Shown here in pieces: positions 12,928 to 24,098 of a stretch of DNA of 64,000 bases. The position numbers and the translations under genes are program-made. How positions within the stretch are numbered: the first letter of the stretch is position 1; every line of letters begins with the position of its first letter. This DNA is from Balanoglossus misakiensis (taxonomy: Eukaryota > Animalia > Hemichordata): the NCBI GenBank assembly GCA_040954595.2, contig CM082593.2, positions 4,605,434 through 4,669,433 of the forward strand, in the 5' to 3' direction. A model generated the notes under the pieces. The model was not told the DNA's origin and did not search any database. It saw nothing but the letters and a program-made list of their open reading frames with translations.

Positions 12928-14260
12928 GTAAGTAGGCGTTCATTTTCTGATTCGGTGAATTTCATTTCGATAATTATCGGAATGTATTAACTTCTGTTGA
13001 TAGTTGTTCACAAATTGTGTTTTTTCATCCAGTGTTAGTGAAAATGGGAGACGGGTCGGCAACTGAGTTTTTTTTAGCCACATCAAAGAAAGTGTAGAGG
13101 GAAAGGTGGACAATAGTCACATGCAGAGAATAAGAAGTGATGTATACAGACTGTATAGCAAATGGATAATCTCATGTTTGTAAGTGAGACGGCGCGACTC
13201 CATGTTTGAATCAAGATCGGCCATCGGCCAGGGCAGTAGAACGCTAGTACCTTTGTTCAACTGCCGACTAAGCCTTTAACAACGTGAAATGTTAGAATAT
13301 TAATATTCCGCCTTCACTGCGCACGTAACGATACCTTAGTGTACAAAATATTCACCAGAATGTTACTGACGATGGTTCCTTGAAGCAATCATTTTGACGA
13401 TGTGTAACCCCGTTCACCCCTAATTCTCTTTTTAGAGGTCCAACTTTGCCATATAGATAACAATGGGTTCGGACTGAACCATCGTGATAAAAGGGTTACC
13501 AACAGATAGCGGTAACGAATGAGATATTACTGGGGATGGGCGTCAGTGTTTATGTTGTTTTATGTGACCTCATTTGTATTGCATATTTTGAGAAGACCTG
13601 GTTAGGCGTGGCGGGGTATTTATTCTCTTTTATGTATCAGGCTGCGGACACCTGGGGCATAAAAAAGTGCGCTATTTTAAGATATATAATAAGTCCTTTA
13701 ACTGTACATGTATATCGTTGCGACCACGGATTTGGTGGGCGCATTTTACGAAGCTAGTAACAAGTTCACTTTAACATGAATTACTAACATAAAGTTATAA
13801 AGTCCATGGTAAATACAGTTGTATTGGTGACACACTTTGCCCCCGTACGCATATTTTGCTTGTGTGGGATTACGTCTGTTAATGATCATTTGGAGATACA
13901 GTATATAATGTTTGGCAAATACAAGAGAAAGGTCATAGACAGTATCAGGGTGGGGTAAAATTTTAGACCAATTCAAATTGCCGGACTTGAGAGTTTGGGT
14001 AAGCTTATGAAGTTTTGGTTTAATTTGAAAACATGTGGCGTTCACATCTTGTACGGTTAAGCTTGTGGATTTCCGTTGGATATTTGAAGCCATGATTTGC
14101 TGTGACCTGTGGATGACATTTCATTTGTGCGAGACCTCATGTTCAGATATCTAGAACAGTCTGTGTTTTCTTTTCAAGTGCCTTCCGCATTTCTCTCAAT
14201 CTTGCACGATCCGGTTCAGTTCCATTAACGAGGGTGTTTCGCCCGTTCTATTCAGATACC

Positions 14261-14624
14261 ATGTCGTCGGACACGAACGATCCGTTGCTCGCGGCGCACG
14301 TCGAAGGCGGGTCGAACAGGGCAGACAGGGGTGGTGCCGGATCATGGGGGTTCATCACCAAAGCCAGTCTCGTGTTGCTCGGGGTCATTCCGCACAACCC
14401 GGACCGAAAGTGCATCAGATGCAGCGAGCGTCTTCCGCAAGAGACCGAACTAGGCACAGATGGAGCGGTTGCCGAGAGCGGAAGCGGCGCAGGCCAGCGC
14501 AGATACGCCGCTGGCGACGGACGAACGTCGCACGTCACCAACGAGAGAGCGTCCGGTGACTACGGATCCATTAACAAAGATGGCTGTCTTGTCTGTACGA
14601 GTCTCAACCCATATCCAAAAAGCA
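14261..14624 (+). CDS. 7-TM gustatory-receptor-like/7TMIC-like gene B, coding exon 1
   Basis: accATG at 14261; donor A|GTAAGT at 14625 (phase 1, as in gene A); contains DPLL, SLVLLGVIP, CIRC, YGSI, CLVC. Confidence 0.82.
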
Positions 14625-15309
14625 GTAAGTATTATATACTCGAGGGAAAAAAGGCTAAACATTGCAATGGGTTGTCATCTTCCTAGGAAACCATGATGAA
14701 ATCTGATCCTGAGCTTACAGTGCCATTGCACCCGAGGCAGGGTTTTGAATACTAGTATAGCGGCCAAGTGATTGACGTTCGACATAACATAAAGTAACCA
14801 AGCCTGGTACAATTTACAAATTTCAACACGAAATGGGACAATGTGATAACAGTTAAAGACCCATTGGTCCCCTTAAAAGCGAAATTATCCTCTCATTCCA
14901 GATTAGACTAGAATATATTAGATTTGATAAGGTTACCATGAATATACTGCCAATACCGATTGGTTTGAATTTTATACGAGTAATGCCACTTTATCGTCTC
15001 ATCAATAAAAGCTTTCCTCATTATTTCGTTTTACCACAAAGGATGACAAAAAACTCGACTCTGTGATTGTCGTGTGGTTTGATCTTGGCCTACTTGCCCC
15101 GGACTGATTAAATTCGGCGTTAGAGGTTGGCGGCGTCTTTTTTTGTTTGGTCTCTGGTGTTCGCGTTCTCTTGCTGCCGTCCCTCTAAAGACGCCGGGAA
15201 TCTCTGAAGCTGATTTTAATCAGACTACACTCCGTTGACCCTGCCTGACCCCGTTCACTTCAATGGGGACGCGTTTACCAACTGTTTTCGTTTTCTTTTT
15301 TAAATCCAG

Positions 15310-16367
15310 CCCGACATTTACCTTCTCGCCGAAAACGGTTTTGCCACGTGACTTTATTGGCTTTGATCACCACGATGCTGAGCGCCAATCTGCTGCAACA
15401 CGTGGCCACGCGCTGGGGCAACAAGAAATTGCTCCTCTACACGGTGTCCTACACCACGTTCTTCGGGCCCTTCGTCGCCGTCGCCGTCTTCCGCTTGGTG
15501 GCTACGCTGACGAGGTGTCGACCGACCAACACGCGCGCCATCTTCACCATGACCGACACCAACGTGCTGGGGCTCCTGTACCGCGCCGACACCGGGCGGC
15601 GCTCCGTCTCCGGTTACATTTACCTGGTTGTCCTCCTGTCGTTCGTCGTCGCTTCCACCACCTTCCAGATGTACCACCTGCACAACTGCGAGCACATCAT
15701 GCCGCTGGGCGTGCTCGCCTACTTCTGCGAGTTGATAGGCGCGTTGGTCTTCGCGGCATTCTGGCACGTGGTGTACGTTCTCCGCACGGCGATGCAGGCC
15801 GACATGCGGTCAACGGCAAGGTTTCTGAAAACGCACCACTTGAACGACTCGGTGTGCCGGCGGAGAATCATGGAGAGCTGGGTGGAGTTCTCCCGCCTCG
15901 ATAGCTTCATTTTCGGCTGGCTGGTCTTCCAGATCTCCATCGTCGCGTTCAAAGTGTTCAGCCTGGTCTACTGGGACTATTACATCTACTCCGGCAACAT
16001 CCAATCGCTCGACACCTTCCAACAAACCGAGGCCAGGCTCATCGACGTGGTCATGTGGGTCGAGATCGTTCTGCTCTGCTTGCCGCTCATCTCGGCGGGG
16101 TCAATGAACATCCATTACATCTGGGAGAAGTTCCTGGCGTTTGTGGAGTACGAGCAAAACGGGGAGTACTGGCATTGCTTCAAGATGGTCAAACACTTGT
16201 ACAAGGCCAGGGACAACCTCAACATCACCATCTGCGGCTGCGTGCTCAGTATCTTCGTGGCGCTCAATTTAGGCAGTCAGCACGCCAGGTACTGGGCGGG
16301 TGGGATTTGCTATAATCCAGCAGTCAACGCTACAAACATACTACATTTTATCGATCCTTTCAAGTGA
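15310..16367 (+). CDS. 7-TM gustatory-receptor-like/7TMIC-like gene B, coding exon 2 (total ~473 aa)
   Basis: Acceptor ttttctttttaaatccAG ending 15309; phase-1 join in frame with the 339-aa ORF; aligns with gene A (NLLQ, Y.CE..G.LVF..FW, RI.ES.V.F.RLD, LPL...G..N..Y.W.KFLA..E.EQ, EYW..F.M.KHL, Q.A.YW). Confidence 0.87.
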
Positions 16368-16599
16368 TATAGTCTATATAATCGAATATGATCGAAGTAT
16401 ACAACCGGCGGCCAACCCCTGATAAAATGGGTCAGACGAGTATGCAATATTACGTCTAGACTAAGTTGCTCGTAAAATCAAAGGTCCACCCTACACCTCT
16501 TGACACCACAGTCGACGGTTCAACACCACTACTCAATTTCACAGATCGGTCAAAAATACAGGAAAAATAACAGAAACGCCCGGTTGGTGGCGCTCTTAT

Positions 16600-16782
16600 C
16601 CCTATGGACACAATTTAAAATATTGATTTTTTATGAAAAGAAGATGGGGAACATTCATTTTTTCTGCTTAGTTTTTCCTTCTTCAAAAAGAGTCCCACAA
16701 GCTTTAATACAGCAAAGAATTTGAAATTTTGTAGGACTGTCATTTTTCTGTAAATCTGGTCCTGATGGGCATACTACTTTAA
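16600..16782. mobile_element. Terminal fragment of a second Kolobok-like DNA transposon family
   Basis: Ends ...gcatactact|ttaa; its reverse complement aligns with 20720-20860 (gaaaatga.agtcctacaaa...aattctttgct..attaaag...aagcagaaaa). Confidence 0.55.
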
Positions 16783-17086
16783 AACTCTTCATATAGAAAG
16801 TGTTTTTATAAACGATTCAGAATATACTTTATATTGTTAAACAAAACAAAGGGATAAACTATGGCAATCGTTTGGTGGCGTGGCATAAGTGTACATATAC
16901 GTGAAATTGTATAAACATTTAATCATATAGGAATCTATTTACACAGATTTTATTCCAAACAATTATGTATATCCTTCAATACGTGAAACGTATTCAATTA
17001 ATTTGTAACGAGATATTATTTTCTTCTTGGACTATTAGTTAGAAATATTTGGCTACGATTATCATAGTAACATTTTTGTCATTTAT

Positions 17087-17092
17087 AATAAA
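17087..17092 (+). promoter_or_regulatory. Candidate polyadenylation signal of gene B
   Basis: AATAAA at the end of an AT-rich stretch downstream of the stop codon. Confidence 0.35.
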
Positions 17093-17313
17093 GGGGAAAA
17101 GTTGAAACATCTTCATACTCCGTCAGCTTGCAGACAAATCACAAAACATGCATTTTTTCCATCAGTGGATGTTGTTTTCGAAAACAGCCTCCAGTGATCC
17201 ACAGACCTTACTTTGCTGTATCCGTTCCTAATTCATTATGGTAATTTGATTCGCCTCGTTCACAACCGGCGCTCTACGTGGAGCCGGTAAAACGAGAAGG
17301 GTAATACCGAGGC

Positions 17314-17537
17314 AGACACGAGAGTGAAAAACTCGCCAAAATGAATAATCGGTCTCTACCGTTTATCCATTTCGGCGAGATTTTTACTCTCATATCCTAC
17401 AAACGGGATGGAAGTTGTGCGTGGTCGAACGTTGATTCACTATACACTCACGTACATGCAGAATAACATAAACGGTGTCTTGTATCAAACATAATTAATG
17501 GAAAAAGGGCAGCGAGAGAGAAAAAGACTGTGTCCCT
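17314..17537 (-). mobile_element. Second (half) copy of the 12325-12656 MITE family, inverted relative to that copy's left arm
   Basis: agacacgagagtgaaaaactcgccaaaatgaataatcggtctctaccgtttat is the reverse complement of 12469-12522; ends ...gactgtgtccct|ttaa (17538-17541). Confidence 0.8.
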
Positions 17538-19118
17538 TTAATTGAGACGACTTCCTACACGGGGCTCTGGGGTTTTCTGCCAAGGGAATATCGCACATTA
17601 CTCAATTATTCCTCCTGACTTCAAAGTCCACTAGTCCAATCGTCAGTGGGCGCTAATTCACCCACTGTCCCACACCAAACGATTACTCTTAATCAGTACA
17701 AAAAGATGTGTCCAACTTTCCTATCGTGTTGAATATTCCTGATACGCATGCGGGGATGAGTGATGTGTGACTTGAAGGTGCTTGAGTTTCTGGTGGTATC
17801 CCCACTGTACAGACCTGGTGTAATCAGTCATAAAGGATCACTAACCTCATTTTGAGGAATGAGGAACCAGTTCAGAGGTTCTCTCTCCGCTGTCTAATGT
17901 GCTAAAACACGGTACCGGCTTTTAGTCTGCAACAAGTAATCATACTTATGTCAGATGCATATACGTGTTTTCATTTTGTAACGAATTACCCAGGGCTCGA
18001 AGACTAAGAAATGTTACCTGGGAGTTCGCGGACGGTAAGTATAGGATGATCTCAGACGTACGTGTCTGTGAATTTTTGATTACACCCAAACACACACTCT
18101 CCCCCTCCCCTTCCCTCCCCCTCTCTCTCCCCTCTCACTCTGTCTCTCTGTGTGTCAAAAACTCAGTAAATAAGTCAGTAAAGGGTGATACAAGTTTTTT
18201 TTAGAACTATTTACCTAAGTACTGAACACGCCGTCTTAAGGTGATACCTGGGAATCTCTTATACATGTATTAATACACACCTGTCAGTGAACGTATATTT
18301 CTCGCCTATATGTGCATTAATATCAGAGTTGACAAAATGGCAGGCCCCCCCTAGCATCCAATGTCTATTCTCGATCACTTCTAGAACAACTTTCGTTTAT
18401 GCAGTCATTCCTAGTATCATGCATCACACCGCATTGTCTGACTCAGACTGACGACGTCTAGAATAAGTTCTAAACATGCAATGGCCAAAAGGCATTCGGG
18501 CTAGAATAGTAAAATTAGTTGTCGATCGTTTAAGCAGTGTATAAGAACACGCTATTTGAACAGTAATTTGCAAGGTGTTTTGGATGACGCTCGCAGTCCG
18601 CAGTCGTACACGGCATGCAGTCATTTACATTGTTAAGAGCCTCGAAATATATCTGTCGGGTCTGCTTCAGCGCGCGTGGTTCATAACGCGCAACTAAGCA
18701 ACTTGAATCTTTAAAGGGTTCTACTGTAACCATATACCCCGGATAATGCATGGAGAAGATTACGAATAGCCTCCGGTTAACTTTCTAGAGTTGTTCAGAG
18801 ATCGCACCGCAAAATCCATGCACCTGAAGATCACACTCGAATTAACACAAATTTACTGTAATTGTTGTGGGAATTAGCAATTCTCCGAGCGAGGTATTGA
18901 ACATGAAATGAGCAATAATCGGTGTACTGGCAAAGGCACTGTGATTAGTTTGTTACGTACTGACGCAAATCGTCCAGTAAATCATAGATTGAGCTGTTAA
19001 TGGCCCGCTCTTGGACTATCTCCATGGTAGTAAATTTAAATCACTTAATCCTGCAACAGGTGTGAAATTCGAACAAGTCTTCCAGAATTAGGGCACCGGC
19101 AAGTTCGCCACCAAACAC

Positions 19119-19187
19119 TGTGATGTGATGTGACGTGATGTGGCGCGGCGCGGCGTGACGTGACGTGACGTGACGTGACGTGTGATG
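19119..19187. repeat. Compound pentanucleotide microsatellite (GTGAT/GCGGC/GTGAC)n
   Basis: Read directly: tgtgatgtgatgtgacgtgatgtggcgcggcgcggcgtgacgtgacg... Confidence 0.9.
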
Positions 19188-20719
19188 TCTCCGACGGATC
19201 TTTGCATATATCCCGTGTTCGAATTCACAAGTGCAGAGGATGGTCGACCACAGTCTATCGAGATACACAACTCAGCAGGCAGCGGAATTCTCGCGGGAAA
19301 CTCTCATGATCCCCAAAGGCAAAAGACGTAAACATTGAGCCCGATCAGATCTATATTTAGTGCAGAAAAACATTGAGCTAAAACACGAAAAACAACGTGG
19401 AGGTAAACAGACGCGGTCTCCTAGAATCTCCCCACGTCATCTACATATATCCTGACATCCCAGGAAACGTATTGGCAAGCTTTAATGTAATCCTCTGGGG
19501 CGGTTGAGAGTTGTCTGAAACTGTTTAACACACATGACTTTTGAAAGGAGTTCTCCGAGATCTTTCTCTTAACGGATTTAATAAATTTGCTAATGCAATC
19601 GGACTGCCAAATTAAGCATTCGAACATTTTAATATGAGTATCGTATACAGGCACTCGCAAACACCATACGCCGCTAAGAGTGACTAGAGTGGCCGAGGAT
19701 CTCTCAATTCTCAAATAGTAATAACGAGCCCACGTGTTAGGGAATTAACTTGTGGGTACACGTATATTCACCGCTTTGAAATAGCCCACCATTTGGCAGC
19801 ACTGTTTTGCCTAGCCGTTTTTCAGTGCACGGACTACTGACTTTTGAAGTTCTAGATCTATTAAACCCCGGGCTTTCAGTATTGAAGGCTGTGCGTGGTC
19901 TGACCTAGTATTCTGCTCGCCTAATCATCCGCATATGACGCCTTCCATGTTGCCCGATGCCCTATTAATTCACGTCTGACGTCTTCAACATCATCAAGGT
20001 GAACTCTCATTCAATTTATGCCATTGCCATGCATACTGTGATTCCCACGGGTATTTTGGAAACCAATGAGAAATGCTAAACTCTCACTGTGGCGAGGCTA
20101 TTTACCATCAGTAATACGTAATTAACGTTCTATCATTTGTCCCCGCGTTCAATAACTAGGTAATTTGGACTGTCTTGTTTGTAGGTGTCTATATTCAACG
20201 TCGATTAGTCATAAGATTTTGCTTATATAGCATGAATTTCCTTTCCCGTGAAATTGAGGAAAATCAACAACCACCACGTTAAAGACAGTGCGTTCACAGA
20301 TTTGCTCATTTCGATAATCATGCAAAAATATACCTCCTAGTTACGTTGTTTTGAGAAGACTGTAAAGGTGTACATCTTCTGACATTACCGGCGGAATTTG
20401 ACTTATTTTGTCAAATTTCCGATTTGACAATCTACACATGCCTCCAGAACAGCCTTATTGTATTTGACCACGTGACCTGGACCTATTTAAGAAATGTTAG
20501 GAAGAAGACTTAAATTACACATCTGGCCTTAGAGACTCGGCAACTCTGGAAGCCCAAAATACGTAAGACTTTTGTTTAAGCCGACTCATGGAATTCTCCT
20601 CAATGTATTGGACATTACTTGCTCAGGGAAAATCACGAAATACCCGTCTATATGTTATAGCTGAGTGCATCGTCCGCTCGCACGGTCGTTGCGTGCACCT
20701 CGAGGATTAGATTTTCACT

Positions 20720-20860
20720 TGAGAAAATGATAGTCCTACAAACGGTTCAATTCTTTGCTACATTAAAGTATACGGGGGGTCTTTTCGAAAACAAAGCAGA
20801 AAACATTGTGTTCGCCGACTTGTTTTCCTAAAATCAGTTTTTAATCTTTCTCCATGGAGG
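20720..20860. mobile_element. Degenerate transposon-end fragment, inverted homolog of 16600-16750
   Basis: Visible reverse-complement similarity to 16600-16750. Confidence 0.5.
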
Positions 20861-22047
20861 TAACACTGAGATTGGCGGCCATTTTGAATTTCAAATGGAT
20901 GGGTACTAGTACTTCAAAAGCACAGGGACATTTCCTATGTCATCGAACTATGTATAGTTTTTGTAGGATGAAAAGTCAACTCGTGTTTTATATGGGTTTT
21001 TTTTCCTTGGGGATATACAATACGGGCGGCTTATTCACGTACGCCTGTCTATGGGTGCACCCCCGGGGCACGCATAGCAATAACATGCTTCGTTAATCAC
21101 TGTTATCCGTATACCTCGGTTAAATACAGACCGATAGGGCATCGCACAACATAATACAATCTACAGATTCTGGGAAAACCAAGATATCAAGAAAGAAAGT
21201 AAATGTAATCTCCGGATTCCTGGAAAACCCAGCTCTCGAGAGAAACAGACGCATACACCTTTGACCAGTGATTAGTGGGGCCATGTAACCAGAGATTCCC
21301 TAATCCTGCATAAACTCGTGTTTTTCGGTGTATTGCACATGAATCGGATAGCAGAGTATTTTCTATCTTGTTATTATTTATTACTTGATTTAGATAAGAT
21401 AACGTCCATATGAGTTAATTATGTATCGTCAAGATACGTACAAAAATGTATTATTATAAGCAAAATGAATTCGTCTCATTTATTCAGCAATGTCTCCATT
21501 ATATATAATGAGTAAACTTACTTTGGCCACGGATTAATATTATCATAATGGCTATCATGTACCTGGGCCCATTCATCATGCCTACCTATATCAAGATAAA
21601 CCTGCTTGTACCGAATCACATCTCATTTTATGGCATTTTGCTGGGGTTCTCCGTGGAAACGAAAAAGTAACTGCCATTACCAAGCTAATTGGGGACGCAA
21701 CACAGCAGGTATCGGCCACATCTTGCAAACGGTTGCTGGTTTGAATATCCACCGTGCTGAGGAGTCATTTTCGGTGAGGGATTCCGATGTGAAGATAAAT
21801 CAAAGCATCTCGGCTCCTCGTCTTGCAATGTATTTTTTGGCACGTCAGTCAGGTGACGTTCAATCGAACAGAAACTGTCAGTCACGTGGATAGGATAGGC
21901 CTATCTTATTGGTCGACTTTCAAGCACAGGTATTCGTAATGTTACCAGTGGAGTTGGTGATTCCATTGCATGTTTATTTACCAAGAGACGCCGTGAGAAG
22001 AACAGTTTGTAAACGCTGGTGCGGATAAAGGCTTTTTGTTTGAAATT

Positions 22048-22530
22048 ATGGCATCAGTCTTCAACGACAGTGCTCTCTGGGTTTTGCCTTACGATTTGTT
22101 CAGGCAATGCATGTGTAACCCGCACTTGTGTCCGTTCGAGGCGGAGCAAGGAGATTTCTCCGAGACAGAATTACCGCCGGACTATGCATACGACTACCTG
22201 TCGCACTACCATTCCGTGTTGAACTGCAGCGCCGACTGGGTGCGGCGCGGCACGACGACGAGCGCCAGGTTGACAGTGGCCGGGAAAATCGCAGTGGCCT
22301 TCCTGTACACGCTGACAGTATTATTCACCATTTTCAGCAACAGTCTCATCATCGTTGTGCTCTCGTGCGGCAGACAAGCAGGCTCTGACATGACAAAGTA
22401 CCTGATCAACTTGTCGGTGGCCGACATCATGATTGGCGTCTTCTGTATGCCGTACGCCTTCACCTACATCATTCTGTTGGAGTGGCCCTTCGGAGAGGCA
22501 ATGTGCCCATTCATGTACTTTATCCAACAC
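22048..22530 (+). CDS. Rhodopsin-class neuropeptide GPCR (tachykinin/leucokinin/RYamide-luqin/GPR83-like group), exon 1: N-terminus to start of TM3
   Basis: ATG 22048; TM1 (..IFSNSLIIVV), TM2 NLSVADI, ECL1 WPFGEAMCP; donor CAC|GTAAGT, phase 0. Confidence 0.92.
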
Positions 22531-23969
22531 GTAAGTCGCCAACATTCCGATCTTATGACCAGAAAAACCCACACTTTCTTTCGATAACATTTGGTTGTCG
22601 TTCAGAAAACTCGATAAATGATATAAACTTGACAAAAAAAAAACATTTAGAATATTCAGTCATCAGAATCATGCCCCTGTATAGTCCAACAATGTATACG
22701 CCTGTCGTACCCAAATTAAGTCGCATTTTAGTAGAAAGGGAAGATCTTCAGGCTAATCACAGATTTTCATTTCCTGCACGGCCACGAGAGACAGGCGCGT
22801 CATCACGCGATCTTTAGAAGACGTAGAATCGTTCGTTTAACCATACATGTATGTGAACACCTCTTTATATGTGACACACCAGAAGTCGTGTTAACGTTGT
22901 TTAAGTACAAAACTTTAAAATCTAGAAGCAAAAGAATGTGCTTTTAAAACACGGGGTGTTTTTTTTTTTTGGGGGGGGGGGGGTTGATGGTACGAGCATG
23001 TTTAACTTTTGGTCTTGTGTTGAAAACACCACGTCGTTTGTCCCACCTAGAACACAGTTTGCCTCTCTCCCGCGAGCAGGACTTTTTGCATGACGACAAC
23101 GTTTTTGTTTTCTTCGCGTCGGACACACCTGGTGTTGCTTAAACCTGTGCAGCTAAAAGGTCTTAATAGATGCTCCCTGGGTTACCTTATATGGGCATAT
23201 TCGTTTCACATTTCACCTATAGCGCTGTCTCTAACGATTCGATGAAGCTATAACTTACCTGGTTAGTGTGAAGACACATCTTCCCCGTGGAACAGTTTAA
23301 TGGCGAACAACGACAGTCCCTTTCGGTTCATTTAGATCTCATTTCCGTTCAAAACAACGGCTTCGGAAATCGGCCTCGACAAACTCCCATTTGCCGATGA
23401 CAAACACTGCTTCTTCCGCGACCTAGAAAAGAAATTAAGTAAAGTGATTGTAGACATGATGTTTTCTGAGGTTCATTATTTTACCGTCCTCGATATGCTA
23501 CAAGGGTTGGAAAATTGATACACAGTGGGCCACGCGCACCACCATCGTCGGCATCAACTTTCCCGTTTTAGGCCTACATGAATAAAAGCTATCAGAAAGA
23601 CTAGTATTTGATACCTTCTATTCTGATACCCCAAGGACTAATACACATATCAAAAATGTACGCGCTCCGTTACTTTAATGACCCGCAAGTCGCGATAGCA
23701 TATCTGTGAACTGATCTAAATAAAAGATTCAAATCGCCGATTAATGGCCGACTCAAATACATAAAATGAGTCCGGGGTGATATGTATATTAAAAGGTTTG
23801 AAGCCAACTCTGCAACATCTAATATTCGAAGATGGCTACTTCATCATGCGATCAATGCCATTGGCTCACCAAACTCAAAAGACCTATTACAATATTAACC
23901 GAACATCCAAACCAGTAAACCAGTAAACATTAAAAAATAAATTATTAAAAAATAAATTATTATTATATG

Positions 23970-24098
23970 AGGTTATTACGAAAATACCGCAAAGTATGCA
24001 CGAGGACATTAGCGCTGAGTATCGCCCGATGCGTAGCGGAGGGCGATGCGCTGCGCTAATGTCCGAGTGCATACTTTGCGGTATTTTCGTAATAACCT
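23970..24098. repeat. Long imperfect palindrome (46-bp arms) inside a MITE-like element extending to ~24425
   Basis: aggttattacgaaaataccgcaaagtatgcac..ggacattagcgc (23970-24015) pairs with gcgctaatgtcc..gtgcatactttgcggtattttcgtaataacct (24053-24098); inner atcgccc/gggcgat stem; ttattatacatct (24101) is inverted at agatgtataataa (24413). Confidence 0.85.

Noticed and set aside
10213-16315. Many overlapping and antisense ORFs over genes A and B
   Set aside because: Expected shadows of GC3-rich coding exons, with no independent motifs.
23185-23194. Perfect CArG box (ccttatatgg) in GPCR intron 1
   Set aside because: A single 10-mer is expected by chance in 64 kb, and it is far from the muscle-type gene.
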